Part shown: positions 22,967 to 32,870 of the stretch, one piece after another
How positions within the stretch are numbered: position 1 is the stretch's first letter
Layout of the letters: the number at the start of each line of letters is the position of its first letter
Assembly: GCA_963848305.1 (NCBI GenBank)
Contig: CAWKDC010000001.1
Location: forward strand, 992,001-1,056,000
Length of the DNA: 64,000 nt
From: an uncultured Gammaproteobacteria bacterium
GTDB lineage: Bacteria; Pseudomonadota; Gammaproteobacteria; JABCZS01
Direction of reading: 5' to 3'
Program-made: the position numbers and the translations under genes
Notes under the pieces: generated by a model
The model's database searches: none
What the model saw: the letters and a program-made list of their open reading frames with translations, nothing else
What the model was told of the DNA's origin: nothing

Positions 22967-23085
22967 AAGCATGTCAATCTCCACTTGACATTCGTATCGG
23001 CACCAACCGACTTCAGACATGCTGAACCTCAACCATTGCAATAAGTACACTACCAGCCCAAGGTGTGTGGCTTCACTGCTTCACA
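22936..23085 (-). ncRNA. Candidate structured small RNA (about 150 nt, serial hairpins)
   Basis: TTGACA-16-TAATAT promoter, four to five consecutive stem-loops, ends in a GC hairpin plus U-tract. Confidence 0.6.
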
Positions 23086-23089
23086 CATT

Positions 23090-23141
23090 AATATTAGCAT
23101 ACAGCTAATATTTGTCAAGAGGTATTAGCATATTGCTAATA
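23090..23141 (-). promoter_or_regulatory. Sigma70 promoter with two palindromic operators TATTAGC-N5-GCTAATA
   Basis: aatattagc-ataca-gctaatatt (23090-23112) and tattagc-atatt-gctaata (23123-23141) flank TTGACA (23118-23113). Confidence 0.75.
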
Positions 23142-23200
23142 TACACAAATTGCGGGAAATGCGGTATTGTGGGGGCGATTCAACATGGACGAGGACTGAC

Positions 23201-24688
23201 ATGACCTACCTACCGCTTTTCGACAAAGACTGTCGGTTTTTTCTTGCGATCACCAGCTTCATCCTCACGGTGCTATTAGGGTGGGATGCGGTCATCAATA
23301 AGGACGCGGTGTTGTACCTCACGCAAGCGTGGTTGATCGGCGAAGGTGACTGGGTTCGTGCCGCAAGTGTGTACCCATGGCCGGGTTACTCTGCCCTGAT
23401 TGCCTGTATTCAAGCACTGGGTCCCTCGCTCGAGCATGCAGCTGTTTTGATCAATGCCAGTTTTTATGCCCTGCTCGTGGCTGGATTTGTCAGCGTGATC
23501 AAACAAATGGGCGGAAACAATGCCATTCAATGGTTAGCCGGCATTACAGTGCTGATTTATCCGATCATCAATGGATACCGAGAGAGTATTATTCGGGATG
23601 TGGGCCTGTGGGGCATGATGTTCTGGGGCATTTATGCATTGGTGCGTTTTCATGAGAAACGCCAATGGCGTGATGTATGTTTGTGGGCCCTCACCATGGG
23701 CATTGCGTTTATGTTTCGCGTCGAAGCAATCGTCTTGATTGGTCTCGCTCCTTTTGGATTATTGCTGATCAAACCACGACGCTCTGTTTGGGACATGCTC
23801 CATTTTCAATCTGTATTTCTAGTCGCGATGTTTTCAGCGCTGATCTTCATCATGATAACAGGCAAGGTAGCTTGGTTGAGCCGTCTGCATGAATTGCCGC
23901 AATATCTCGTCATGCTGAGGGATGTCGGCGATGATTATATGAATCGCGCACATCAAATAACCACGGTATTTTCGTCGGAACTCGAACGTAAATATGGTGC
24001 CATCGCATTATTCGGCGCAAGCTTGGCGATCATCGTTTTTATTTGGGTTAAAGTGGTGACACCTTTTTATCTAGCGCTAGCAGGCTTGGCCGTTTCTCAA
24101 CACCTGATGGGTGATTCACTGGCAAAACGCTATATCCTGATGTTCATTGGCATCAGCGCAACCATTGTCATCATGTTCTTCCTAAAACGTTATTTTTTGA
24201 CCAGCCGTTACCTCGTCATGCTGAGCTTATTATGCATCACGCCTGTTCCCTTTGCCATTCATGCAATTGCCAATGCCCGCGGCAACGGCACATGGATGGG
24301 AAAACAATTTGTCTTCCCACTGATGGTACTGATACTCGTTGGCATGGCCATATCTGGTGTGATCCAACTCGGTGATAAAAAAATATATTTGCGTGATGCA
24401 GGAGAATGGGTGCATCAGCATGTCAGACCGGATACACAAATCTATATCAGCGATACACGGGTCGCTTATTATGCAAAGCGTTTTGATGTGCTGTTGAAAA
24501 AGCCTAAAATTTCCCTAGACGAGGCGATAAAAGGGGGATTCACAACGGAAAAGATTGTGGTTGTGTATCATGATGATCGCACGTCGAATGTGAATGCTTA
24601 TCTCGCTCAATTGGATGATCGGTATGAACAAATCCCATTTAATGATTCAACAGGCCGGGGCGTGATGGTGGTGATCAAGAAGCAATGA
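23201..24688 (+). CDS. Polytopic membrane protein, possible GT-C glycosyltransferase (LPS modification)
   Basis: about 12 TM segments, IN.D..LYL motif in first loop, RD motif, LPS gene context; GAGGA RBS. Confidence 0.6.
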   Translation: MTYLPLFDKDCRFFLAITSFILTVLLGWDAVINKDAVLYLTQAWLIGEGDWVRAASVYPWPGYSALIACIQALGPSLEHAAVLINASFYALLVAGFVSVIKQMGGNNAIQWLAGITVLIYPIINGYRESIIRDVGLWGMMFWGIYALVRFHEKRQWRDVCLWALTMGIAFMFRVEAIVLIGLAPFGLLLIKPRRSVWDMLHFQSVFLVAMFSALIFIMITGKVAWLSRLHELPQYLVMLRDVGDDYMNRAHQITTVFSSELERKYGAIALFGASLAIIVFIWVKVVTPFYLALAGLAVSQHLMGDSLAKRYILMFIGISATIVIMFFLKRYFLTSRYLVMLSLLCITPVPFAIHAIANARGNGTWMGKQFVFPLMVLILVGMAISGVIQLGDKKIYLRDAGEWVHQHVRPDTQIYISDTRVAYYAKRFDVLLKKPKISLDEAIKGGFTTEKIVVVYHDDRTSNVNAYLAQLDDRYEQIPFNDSTGRGVMVVIKKQ

Positions 24689-25604
24689 CTTTCTGCAAGC
24701 CCTCACGCAACATCATCATCGGCTCATACCCACACAGCATTTTGGCACGTTCAATATTGGCACAGGAATGCATGATATCTTCCGGGCGCCAGGGTTGATA
24801 ATGTGGTTCCTGTTTGATGTTCAAGGTGTCACAAAGTGCATGAAATAACGTATTCAGTGATACAGGTTTGCCTGTGCCAATATTCAATACATGATCGCCC
24901 TCTGGCAAATGTTGCAATACATCCATCGCGTGTAATACATTGTCTATATGGCAAAAATCACGGGTCGCCGAACCATCGCCGTAAATGATGGGTTGTTTGC
25001 CGGCACGCAAGGCATCAATCCACAACGGAATCACGGCCGCGTAACTGCTTTGAGCATTTTTGCTGGTGCCAAACAAATTAAAAAAACGCAAGCCAATGCA
25101 AGTCATGCCAGGATGCTTGATTTCCTGAACCGCATTTTCATTATCCAGCTTTGTTTTACCATAGACACTGATCGGTTTTGCGGGATCTGTTTCTGAGATA
25201 AAATTCTTTTGTGTATTGCCATAAACAGCGCTAGATGATGCATAAATAAATTGTTTCACCCCTGATTGATGTGACAGTTTTAGCAACATATTGAAACCCT
25301 CGACATTCACGCGTCGTGCCAAATCAGGGTTGCTTTCACACAAAGGAACTGACACCACAGCCGCCAAATGGACGACATGTGAAGGGCGATAGATTTCAAA
25401 CACGTCTTTCATGCACGTATCACCAATATCCTGTTCAACCCAATGAAACCGATCATGTTGTAATAAATCGTCAACATTATTGAGGGTGCCCACAAATAAA
25501 TTGTCAACACCACACACCACATAACCCCGTTTCAACAAATCACGACAAACATGTGCACCGACGAAACCTGCTGCACCTGTCACCAGCCATGTCATGGGAT
25601 TCAT
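24675..25604 (-). CDS. NAD-dependent nucleotide-sugar epimerase/dehydratase
   Basis: TGAAGFVG, ASSSAVYG, YGKTK, LRFFN, GDGSATRDF. Confidence 0.9.
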   Translation of the reverse strand: MNPMTWLVTGAAGFVGAHVCRDLLKRGYVVCGVDNLFVGTLNNVDDLLQHDRFHWVEQDIGDTCMKDVFEIYRPSHVVHLAAVVSVPLCESNPDLARRVNVEGFNMLLKLSHQSGVKQFIYASSSAVYGNTQKNFISETDPAKPISVYGKTKLDNENAVQEIKHPGMTCIGLRFFNLFGTSKNAQSSYAAVIPLWIDALRAGKQPIIYGDGSATRDFCHIDNVLHAMDVLQHLPEGDHVLNIGTGKPVSLNTLFHALCDTLNIKQEPHYQPWRPEDIMHSCANIERAKMLCGYEPMMMLREGLQKVIAS

Positions 25605-27475
25605 ATCACCCCCTTGAAGTTGATCAAATATATATTGTCACCATCCCACAACCAATCGGAGGAACTGAATTGCGTCGCGTCAACATGTGATAGTGTTAAC
25701 AGCATGTTGCAGCGCTCCATTTGTAACGTTACCTTTTCATGAATATTTTCTGGCAATGATTTTAAATCAATTTTATCAAGCGTTTGGCCCGCGACATATT
25801 GCATAACCATATAAGATGTTAACGGAATATAGAAAAAACGTTTTTCAATCATCGCAAGCGGTTCAGGTGTTTTAATCCCGATACAATTCAAAAAAGCAAT
25901 ATTTTTCCATGCACGTCGTGCTTCCGAACTTTGTACAATATTTTTCAACAGTTGCAAGATTGATTCGCATGGATAACGCTTGATGACTACATCAGTCTTA
26001 CCGATGTTGGCTCTGGCTACGGTAGTGTTATTGAAAAAACTCTCAGGGAAACGCATCAAAGTTTGCGCATAAACATTTGCAAACTCACGCTTCGCAAAAA
26101 TGCACACATAATGACGTATTTTTGCATAATATCGTGTTGATCCTCGGCATGCTTTCGACAGGCACTTCCTCAAACGATATTCACGTGCATTTTCCAAGCG
26201 CTTTAAAAAATCTTTCTTAAAAGCATCTGACCAAACTTGGCCGCGGGTTTCGACATACAGGGGCAGCAATGCGAGATGTGTCTCATCGAGATCACGGTTC
26301 CATTGGGCATAAATAAGCGCAAGATTATCTAGAGCCTCATTTTCTGTGTGAAAGCTTCGAATAGAGCCGGGATCCAATACATGAATAGTCTGCTCTGTAT
26401 CCACCATAAAATTACCTAAATGTGCATCGGCTTGAAGCAAACCCTGATTGTGCATGTGTGCGATGGTTTTTATAAAACTTGGAGTTAAATCCTGTAGGGT
26501 GTGTCCATTGATGAAAGGTGTGATATAGCAACGATGCCTATCACTCCGAGCGATCACATTGCCCTTCATCTCTCGTTGATATTCTTTTTGCCGTACAAAC
26601 TGTTTATAAATCACTCGCTTTCCACGAAACATACCTGACAATACAATGCGCCGCCCCGTTAAAATGCGTAGACAAGCATCACTCTCGAAAATGTCGCCAT
26701 TGATATCAAATCGCTGATGAAAAACACCCACTTTATCGGGCCACTTTGGCTGATGCATTAACCATGGAATGTGACTCGGTGAGTTAAGATATGCTTTTTG
26801 ATAGAGGTTAATCGCCTTTTTTTGACAAGCATTTAATAAAGGAGATTCGATTTTCAAAGTATCTCGAAGTGGCTTATTAAAATACCGTTTCAAAAAACGA
26901 AAAATATCTCGCTGAGTCAAGCCCAGATCGAGCGATGAGAAAAGTAACGCTGACAAATCTTTTTCGATATAATGTTGCTTCAACAAAAGCGGCTTGAATA
27001 AGCGATGCAAATCAATCAGGGTGACTTTTTGGGAAGATGGATCCCAAAAAAAATGACAAATGTAGAAATCTCTGTGAAAATAGCCTTTAGTATGCAATGT
27101 TCTTGCAATATCAGCAATTTGATGAATGATGGATATTTTCTCAGCGCCTTTGGGTATCTTGAGTTCTAAGCTTTCCGCGCCCTCCAATGCTTCCATGAGC
27201 ACAAAGGATTGCATACCGCTTGCGCCGAACCCTTTCAGCGCAGGCGCGGGCACACCCAAAGTCTCACACATACGAAGCGCTTCCCACTCGGCTTTAGCCC
27301 CAGGGGAGAATATATCCCTGCGATAGCGTTTAATAAAATAGTGTGTTTTATCTAATAAAATGCGGACTGTCTCACGATCGCCCTGATGTCGATATACATC
27401 CCCTTGAATGTTCATCAGGGTTTCAAAAGGTTTCCCCCCTAAAATGTCACTGATCTCAGGGGAAAGTTTAAGCAT
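25601..27475 (-). CDS. waaP: LPS core heptose kinase WaaP fused to additional Kdo/WaaP-family kinase domains
   Basis: GAKAEW, HRDFYICHF, LIDLHR, KDLSALLFS; second domain Q.DAHLGNF..LDPG; third degenerate domain TPEPLAMIE. Confidence 0.78.
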   Translation of the reverse strand: MLKLSPEISDILGGKPFETLMNIQGDVYRHQGDRETVRILLDKTHYFIKRYRRDIFSPGAKAEWEALRMCETLGVPAPALKGFGASGMQSFVLMEALEGAESLELKIPKGAEKISIIHQIADIARTLHTKGYFHRDFYICHFFWDPSSQKVTLIDLHRLFKPLLLKQHYIEKDLSALLFSSLDLGLTQRDIFRFLKRYFNKPLRDTLKIESPLLNACQKKAINLYQKAYLNSPSHIPWLMHQPKWPDKVGVFHQRFDINGDIFESDACLRILTGRRIVLSGMFRGKRVIYKQFVRQKEYQREMKGNVIARSDRHRCYITPFINGHTLQDLTPSFIKTIAHMHNQGLLQADAHLGNFMVDTEQTIHVLDPGSIRSFHTENEALDNLALIYAQWNRDLDETHLALLPLYVETRGQVWSDAFKKDFLKRLENAREYRLRKCLSKACRGSTRYYAKIRHYVCIFAKREFANVYAQTLMRFPESFFNNTTVARANIGKTDVVIKRYPCESILQLLKNIVQSSEARRAWKNIAFLNCIGIKTPEPLAMIEKRFFYIPLTSYMVMQYVAGQTLDKIDLKSLPENIHEKVTLQMERCNMLLTLSHVDATQFSSSDWLWDGDNIYLINFKGVI

Positions 27476-28589
27476 GCTTTTTCCGCACAATCATTTCGAT
27501 TAAATTTTGTGCTGCTTCAACCATACTATACAAATCTTTTTTCAATCCAAACGCAATCCCTTGTGAACGCCAAGGCTCGGGTTCATTCAATAATTTTTCC
27601 AATGCCATTGTACATTCTTGAAGATCAAATGGGGAAGCCAACACGATACCCGCCTGCGATTCTTGAACATAATGCGCATACCCGCACGTATCGGTTGTTA
27701 ATACCGGCAACCCTGCTACTACCGCTTCAAGCAACACCATCCCTGCATTTTCGGCATAAGCGGGGTGAAGCAAGACGTCAGCTGTCCACAATAATTCAGG
27801 AATATCATTTCGTCCACCCAGGAAAAAGACTTTATCATCCAATTTCAATGCATTGAGCGTTTTCTGATAAGGTTTAGGATCGTCTTCACCAATAATCCAC
27901 ATTTGTGTATGTGTGAGTCGCTCTGGTGACAAATGAGACATCGCTTGGATCGCACGATCCAATCCTTTCGTTTTAAAACCTGATCCAATGAATAGGATTA
28001 ATTTTTCGTCGTCCTTCAATGAAAACCCTTCGCGCAAGAGTGCACGTTTTTCAACATAATCGATAGGCGCGCAACGATTCGGCTCAATCCCTGGGGGCAG
28101 CATATGAAAACGGGAATCAGGTGTGTGATAATGTGTTTGAAAATCCGTTTTTGATCTTTCATTGATCATGAGTACTTCTGTTTGCGCCTCAGCGCCAAAA
28201 ACGGCTTTTTCAAAAGCAGCATAGGTTCGATAGTGTGGTGTGCAACGATACAAAAATGAATGCTTTTGCGCTTTTTCCACAAAGCAAGGATCAGCGGCAT
28301 AATATACATCTAATCCAGGCATTTTGCTGAAACCAACCACCCCATCAAATGATTCTTTCGCGATGGCGGCCTGAAAATTGTCGACAAAACGTTTCACTTT
28401 TCCTGCATTTGTCATGCCCGAGGTGGGTAGTACAACAACATGAATGCCCTCGAGGTGTGGCCCAACCCATTCGCGTGTGAAAATCGTGACATCCATTCCA
28501 CCTTCGACACACGCTCTAGCAATGCGCACGCAATCTCGTTGCATACCACCGAAGGGGAAATATTCAAATAAACAAAAGGCAAGTTTCAT
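27468..28589 (-). CDS. waaG: LPS core glycosyltransferase (GT4)
   Basis: YFPFGGMQRD, KMPGLDVYYAAD, GSGFKTKGLDR, HPAYAENAG.VLLEA. Confidence 0.92.
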   Translation of the reverse strand: MKLAFCLFEYFPFGGMQRDCVRIARACVEGGMDVTIFTREWVGPHLEGIHVVVLPTSGMTNAGKVKRFVDNFQAAIAKESFDGVVGFSKMPGLDVYYAADPCFVEKAQKHSFLYRCTPHYRTYAAFEKAVFGAEAQTEVLMINERSKTDFQTHYHTPDSRFHMLPPGIEPNRCAPIDYVEKRALLREGFSLKDDEKLILFIGSGFKTKGLDRAIQAMSHLSPERLTHTQMWIIGEDDPKPYQKTLNALKLDDKVFFLGGRNDIPELLWTADVLLHPAYAENAGMVLLEAVVAGLPVLTTDTCGYAHYVQESQAGIVLASPFDLQECTMALEKLLNEPEPWRSQGIAFGLKKDLYSMVEAAQNLIEMIVRKKHA

Positions 28590-29597
28590 TGTTCATGTTC
28601 CGATAACAAGGATTGAATTTGGGAGTATACGTGTGACGGTAGCATATCATTCATACATTTAAAATGTTGCAACGGGCAAACACGCTCAAAACAGGGACTG
28701 CAGGATAAGTGTAGATTCAATATACGCACTTTGTCTGACAAAGGCGGTGTAAACGTTGCACTGGAGGAACCGTATAATGCGACCATGGGTTTATCTAGCG
28801 CTGCACTCACGTGCATCAACCCTGAATCGTTGGTGACAACACCTGACGCACAAGACAATAAATCGATTGCATCAGCCAATTGCGTTTGACCGATTAAATT
28901 ACGCGCTCGCCCACCGCATCGCGCTTGAATCACTTCACCGAGAAAAGCTTCTTTGGCGGAACCAAATAGCCACACATCGTTTCCCTCATTGATTAAAATC
29001 TCTGCAAGATCACCAAAATATTCTGCTGGCCACCGTTTGGCAGAACCATATTCGGCGCCGGGACAAAATGCCCATACAGGACGGGTGGCAGATGTGGCGC
29101 CCGATCGATCAACACTCAATTGAGGACGAGGACATTCCAGTTTTGCAGGGACTTGATGACGTGGATACGCCAATGCCACGAAACGCTCGACCATTAATGG
29201 ATATTGTGCCGGATCCAAGCGGCGAATATCATTCAATAATCCAAAGCGACATTCGCCTATCCAACCAGTACGCACTGGGATGCCCGCAAGGAATGGGATG
29301 AGCGCAGATTTAAATGAATTCGGCAATACAATGGCTTGATCATATTTTGTCGACCGCAAGCGTTGTGCGATGGCAAACCGAGTTTTAAATTTCAATTCAC
29401 CGTGGCCAATCGGCAATTCAATGAATTCACGGATCTCGGGCATGCGCGCAGCCAATGGGCCACTGTGTTTCGGCGCCAACATGTCGATCTGAACAGCAGG
29501 GTACATCGTTTTAAGGACGCGAAAAAGGGACTGCGACATCACCAAATCGCCAACCCAAGCCAGCCACGATCAGTATTTGTGCAGGCTGTTGTGTCAT
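28586..29597 (-). CDS. waaF: LPS heptosyltransferase II, frameshift near 29562
   Basis: ILIV..AWVGDLVMSQSL, PNSFKSAL, CPGAEYG.AKRWP, NDSGLMH, FTPPL. Confidence 0.93.
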
Positions 29598-29794
29598 TTT
29601 TTATCTTCAACCATCTGAAAATCAGCGCTGCAGTACGGGCATTTCGCGCGACCTTGCTCGTCTAACGTCAAATAAACACGTGGATGACTATTCCATAGTG
29701 TCATATTCGGCATGGGGCAACAGAGCGGTAAATCTTTTGGCTTGATTTGGTACACTTTACTGGCATTCGCCAGGATTTTTGGTTCTGCAGTCAT
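29594..29794 (-). CDS. zf-CHCC zinc-finger protein
   Basis: LPLCCPMP...WNSHPRVYL....CPYC. Confidence 0.88.
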   Translation of the reverse strand: MTAEPKILANASKVYQIKPKDLPLCCPMPNMTLWNSHPRVYLTLDEQGRAKCPYCSADFQMVEDKK

Positions 29795-30221
29795 GGATGC
29801 CCCGTTAGTATTGCAACGCGGATCATTATATACCTCTCCTGGCTGAAGATGCAAACGCCTGTACTGCGTTGTGTGATTGTTGCCATTAAAAACATATTCA
29901 GCCTCATTTTTCATGTTTGAAGGGGATGGGCGACGCCTCTGTGCAACAAACCTCACGCCAAACGAAACTCTGTATCATACTGATTTTAAATTCCTTATTG
30001 GTCGCGCAATATCAGTTTCGCTGGCCGAAGATGGCCGAAGCTGCCATTTTCTGGACGCAGTTTCCCAAATAAGCTTAACTTGGTTTCTTACTTTTCATAT
30101 GGCAGAATATCGTCCCTCAAGCAGTCAATCCTCGCGTGGACGGTATATTCGTTTTTGGAGAGAAGTCATGTTTGAGATAGCCAGGCATAGCCTTGTTGCA
30201 TCCAATGCCCAGATCCTGTAT

Positions 30222-30291
30222 TCTTATCAGAGGTTATCAGAGATGAAGCCCGCTCGTCTCAATATTTTATTAAATAACAAGGAGTTATATC
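30222..30291 (+). repeat. 70-bp direct repeat, copy 1 (tandem decamer plus IHF-like box)
   Basis: tcttatcagaggttatcagagat...aacaaggagttatatc; aligns without gaps to 31742-31811. Confidence 0.8.
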
Positions 30292-31728
30292 TTGAAAGCT
30301 GATTTGGACTTCTGGGAAAGCCTGATTCGCGATGCACTCCTTCACAAGGCAGAATACAATTTTTTGGACTTTAAAAAGCAGTTGTCAGAAGACAATGATC
30401 GCCTTAAGGAACACATCAATGCTTTTGGAAACTTAGAACGTGGCGGATGCTTTGTCCTCGGTGTAGACAAATATGTGCCAGTAGGCATCCCAGACGATTG
30501 GGATGAAGCCATTAAAAAAATAACCCATCTCGCCAAAAATGCACAGGAGCCAAGCCTTCATGTCAACAGTTTTCCATTAACAATGGATGGTAAAAAATTG
30601 CTCTGCTTGCATGTGCTTTCCGCAGAACCAAAACCTGTGTTTATTAAAGACCGCGCGCCGCTCGGCGGGCATGCTTGCTTCAAGCGCACTGGCTCTTCGA
30701 CTGTGCCAATGTCTATTCATGAAATTAAAGACTTGCTCAGCAACGCACAATCATTTTATTATGATGAGTCACCCCTCAATAATGCTGAATTTTCAGAGTT
30801 AGATCTGCAAAAAATTTCTAGTGTTATTCCTCGACTTGATGCCAAAGCAAGCTTTTCGGAAAAAAATATTTCTGTTTTATTGGATAATCGTATTTTAACA
30901 GGATCGAAAAAATTTCCAGAAATCACCCTCGCAGGATGGTTGTGTTTTGCAAAAGCGCCGCAAGAAATTCGCCAGCTGCGCAATGCATACATTGAGTTTC
31001 AAGTGTTTAGTGGCATCACTCGCGATATCCCCGTAAAAAAATATGAAATCAAAGGGACATTGTCTGAACAAATAGAACAATCTATTCTTATTTTGAAACA
31101 GTATATTTGGACCGTGCCTAAAATTCAGGGTATCAAGCGAGAAGATATCCCTGCTTACACGGATCTTGTCTTACGGGAAGTGATCACCAATAGCCTCGTT
31201 CACCGCGATTATAAAAAAATGCATCAACCGGTTAAAATTGCCCTGTTTAATAACCGAATTGAAATTGAAAATCCGGGTGGTTTGATGCCAGGGCTGACTG
31301 TGTTGAATCTCATTCACAAACGAGATTGGCGGAATCCTTTGCTCGCCGAACTCATGAAAAAATTTGGATTTGGAGAAATGGATGGGCAAGGCATTGATCG
31401 TCTTTATGCGCAAACGCTCGCGATTAAAGTACCACCCCCAGAACTGATTAATTTTGAAAATTCATTTAAGGTCATATTGTCTGCGCCCAAAGCGTATGAG
31501 CATTTTACACCCAAAGAAAAGCATTCGATGATGATTATTTTAGCGATTATGCAAGAATTCATCGACAATGAAAATGTTCGTCATTGTTTTGGCATTTCAA
31601 GTGAAAAGGCAAGCACCCTTATCAAGGCAATGGTCGCCGAGGGTATTTTAGAACCGAGCAATAGCAGCAGGAAATATGCCCAATACCGGCTGACTGCAAT
31701 TTACCGCGAAAAAGTGTTTGGGGCTTGA
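30292..31728 (+). CDS. AlbA_2 (Schlafen-like) / RecG-C (HATPase_c_4) / wHTH protein
   Basis: E...LDFK, INAFGN.ERGG.FVLGV, KRTGSST, REVITNSLVHRDY, RIEIENPGGL, RNPLLA, GQGI; TTG start with AAGGAG RBS. Confidence 0.88.
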   Translation: MKADLDFWESLIRDALLHKAEYNFLDFKKQLSEDNDRLKEHINAFGNLERGGCFVLGVDKYVPVGIPDDWDEAIKKITHLAKNAQEPSLHVNSFPLTMDGKKLLCLHVLSAEPKPVFIKDRAPLGGHACFKRTGSSTVPMSIHEIKDLLSNAQSFYYDESPLNNAEFSELDLQKISSVIPRLDAKASFSEKNISVLLDNRILTGSKKFPEITLAGWLCFAKAPQEIRQLRNAYIEFQVFSGITRDIPVKKYEIKGTLSEQIEQSILILKQYIWTVPKIQGIKREDIPAYTDLVLREVITNSLVHRDYKKMHQPVKIALFNNRIEIENPGGLMPGLTVLNLIHKRDWRNPLLAELMKKFGFGEMDGQGIDRLYAQTLAIKVPPPELINFENSFKVILSAPKAYEHFTPKEKHSMMIILAIMQEFIDNENVRHCFGISSEKASTLIKAMVAEGILEPSNSSRKYAQYRLTAIYREKVFGA

Positions 31729-31741
31729 GGAATGGCAACAC

Positions 31742-31811
31742 TCTTATCAGAGGTTATCAGAGATAGAGGCAGCAACCCCCTGCATTTTTTTATAAAACAA
31801 TAGGTTATATC
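31742..31811 (+). repeat. 70-bp direct repeat, copy 2
   Basis: tcttatcagaggttatcagagat...aacaataggttatatc, offset 1520 bp from copy 1. Confidence 0.8.
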
Positions 31812-31888
31812 ATTTTTCGTACATTTGCTTTTCATGATTTATAACGGTTATAATGCTGGATTGACATATCCAATGGGGGAAGCCAGCG

Positions 31889-32815
31889 ATGATGAGTACA
31901 GATGCAGTTAAAAACCAGGGCACAGGCGAAACACTATTTCAACGTCATGCAGAGGCGATTGCGGGTGTACTCGAGAAAAATCAAGACGGTGGTGCCGCAG
32001 TTCTCATAGATACAGGTACAGACAAACACCCTTTCCCCACAGCAACTGAAGCATTAGAAACTTATCGCAAGAGCAAAAAAGATTTTGACGCCTGCAGGGT
32101 CTTTATCACAGCCCTTGCGATCTGCGACAAGAAAGCCATCATAACCCCGACTTTGTTTAAAACATCAGGCACTGGCACGATGATGGACTTCAGTAAGCAG
32201 CAAATGTTCAAACTGTCCGGTGCCTATGGTGATTATTTATATCTTATGCGACGATACAGTGGCTTAGACAGTGGCATTTTTGAGCAGGCTCTTGCAGCGA
32301 GCTTTAGCAAAAAATTGAGTTACCGAGTCAGGTTAGATGGTGATTCATTCGACTCTTCTGTTGTCAATATAGTACCACTTCAAACCGCGCTCAATGATTT
32401 TTATAAGGCATTACACACATATCGTTGCAATCCACCTCAAGGCGACCCACAAAAAGGCGATGTCCTTCAATGGATAACCGAACACGGTGTTCCAGACCCT
32501 GACAAAGAGACGACTCGAAAACCATTCGAACGTAAAACAGATAACAATCTGTTCAAATTTATCCTGTTATGTGCAGCAATAGGAGCCATCTCAACAGCTC
32601 TCTGGGTTCATCAAGAAGGACCGGGCGTTAAGACTGCTGGCGATACAGAAGAGATGACTGTCATGTGTGGTATCTTCGGTTTAATAACGGGTCTGGTCAT
32701 TGGCATGATTGCGGGATCTTATGTCCGGAGTAAATGCCTTGCACAGTATGACCAAAAGTTTGATGAAGATCGTGGCCCGACTGCTGGTGCAGCGACAGAA
32801 CCTTTGCTCTGCTAG
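31889..32815 (+). CDS. Orphan protein with two C-terminal TM helices (effector-like)
   Basis: 308-aa ORF, soluble N-terminus, two hydrophobic helices, no recognised motif. Confidence 0.7.
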   Translation: MMSTDAVKNQGTGETLFQRHAEAIAGVLEKNQDGGAAVLIDTGTDKHPFPTATEALETYRKSKKDFDACRVFITALAICDKKAIITPTLFKTSGTGTMMDFSKQQMFKLSGAYGDYLYLMRRYSGLDSGIFEQALAASFSKKLSYRVRLDGDSFDSSVVNIVPLQTALNDFYKALHTYRCNPPQGDPQKGDVLQWITEHGVPDPDKETTRKPFERKTDNNLFKFILLCAAIGAISTALWVHQEGPGVKTAGDTEEMTVMCGIFGLITGLVIGMIAGSYVRSKCLAQYDQKFDEDRGPTAGAATEPLLC

Positions 32816-32824
32816 TTAATGAGC

Positions 32825-32862
32825 GCGCAGCAGCATTGCTGGAAACAACAACGCTGCTGCGC
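32825..32862. terminator. Hairpin between convergent genes
   Basis: gcgcagcagc...gctgctgcgc inverted repeat. Confidence 0.55.
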
Positions 32863-32870
32863 AGGCCTCC

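Noticed and set aside
22901-23020. 39-codon ORF (MSEVGWCRYECQ...) inside the candidate ncRNA
   Set aside because: It runs through the terminator hairpin and has no recognisable motif; not excluded (a GAGG precedes it) but unsupported.
29877-30302. 141-aa ORF and minus-strand fragments upstream of the AlbA_2 gene
   Set aside because: No motif or RBS; may be a decayed gene but I cannot assign it.
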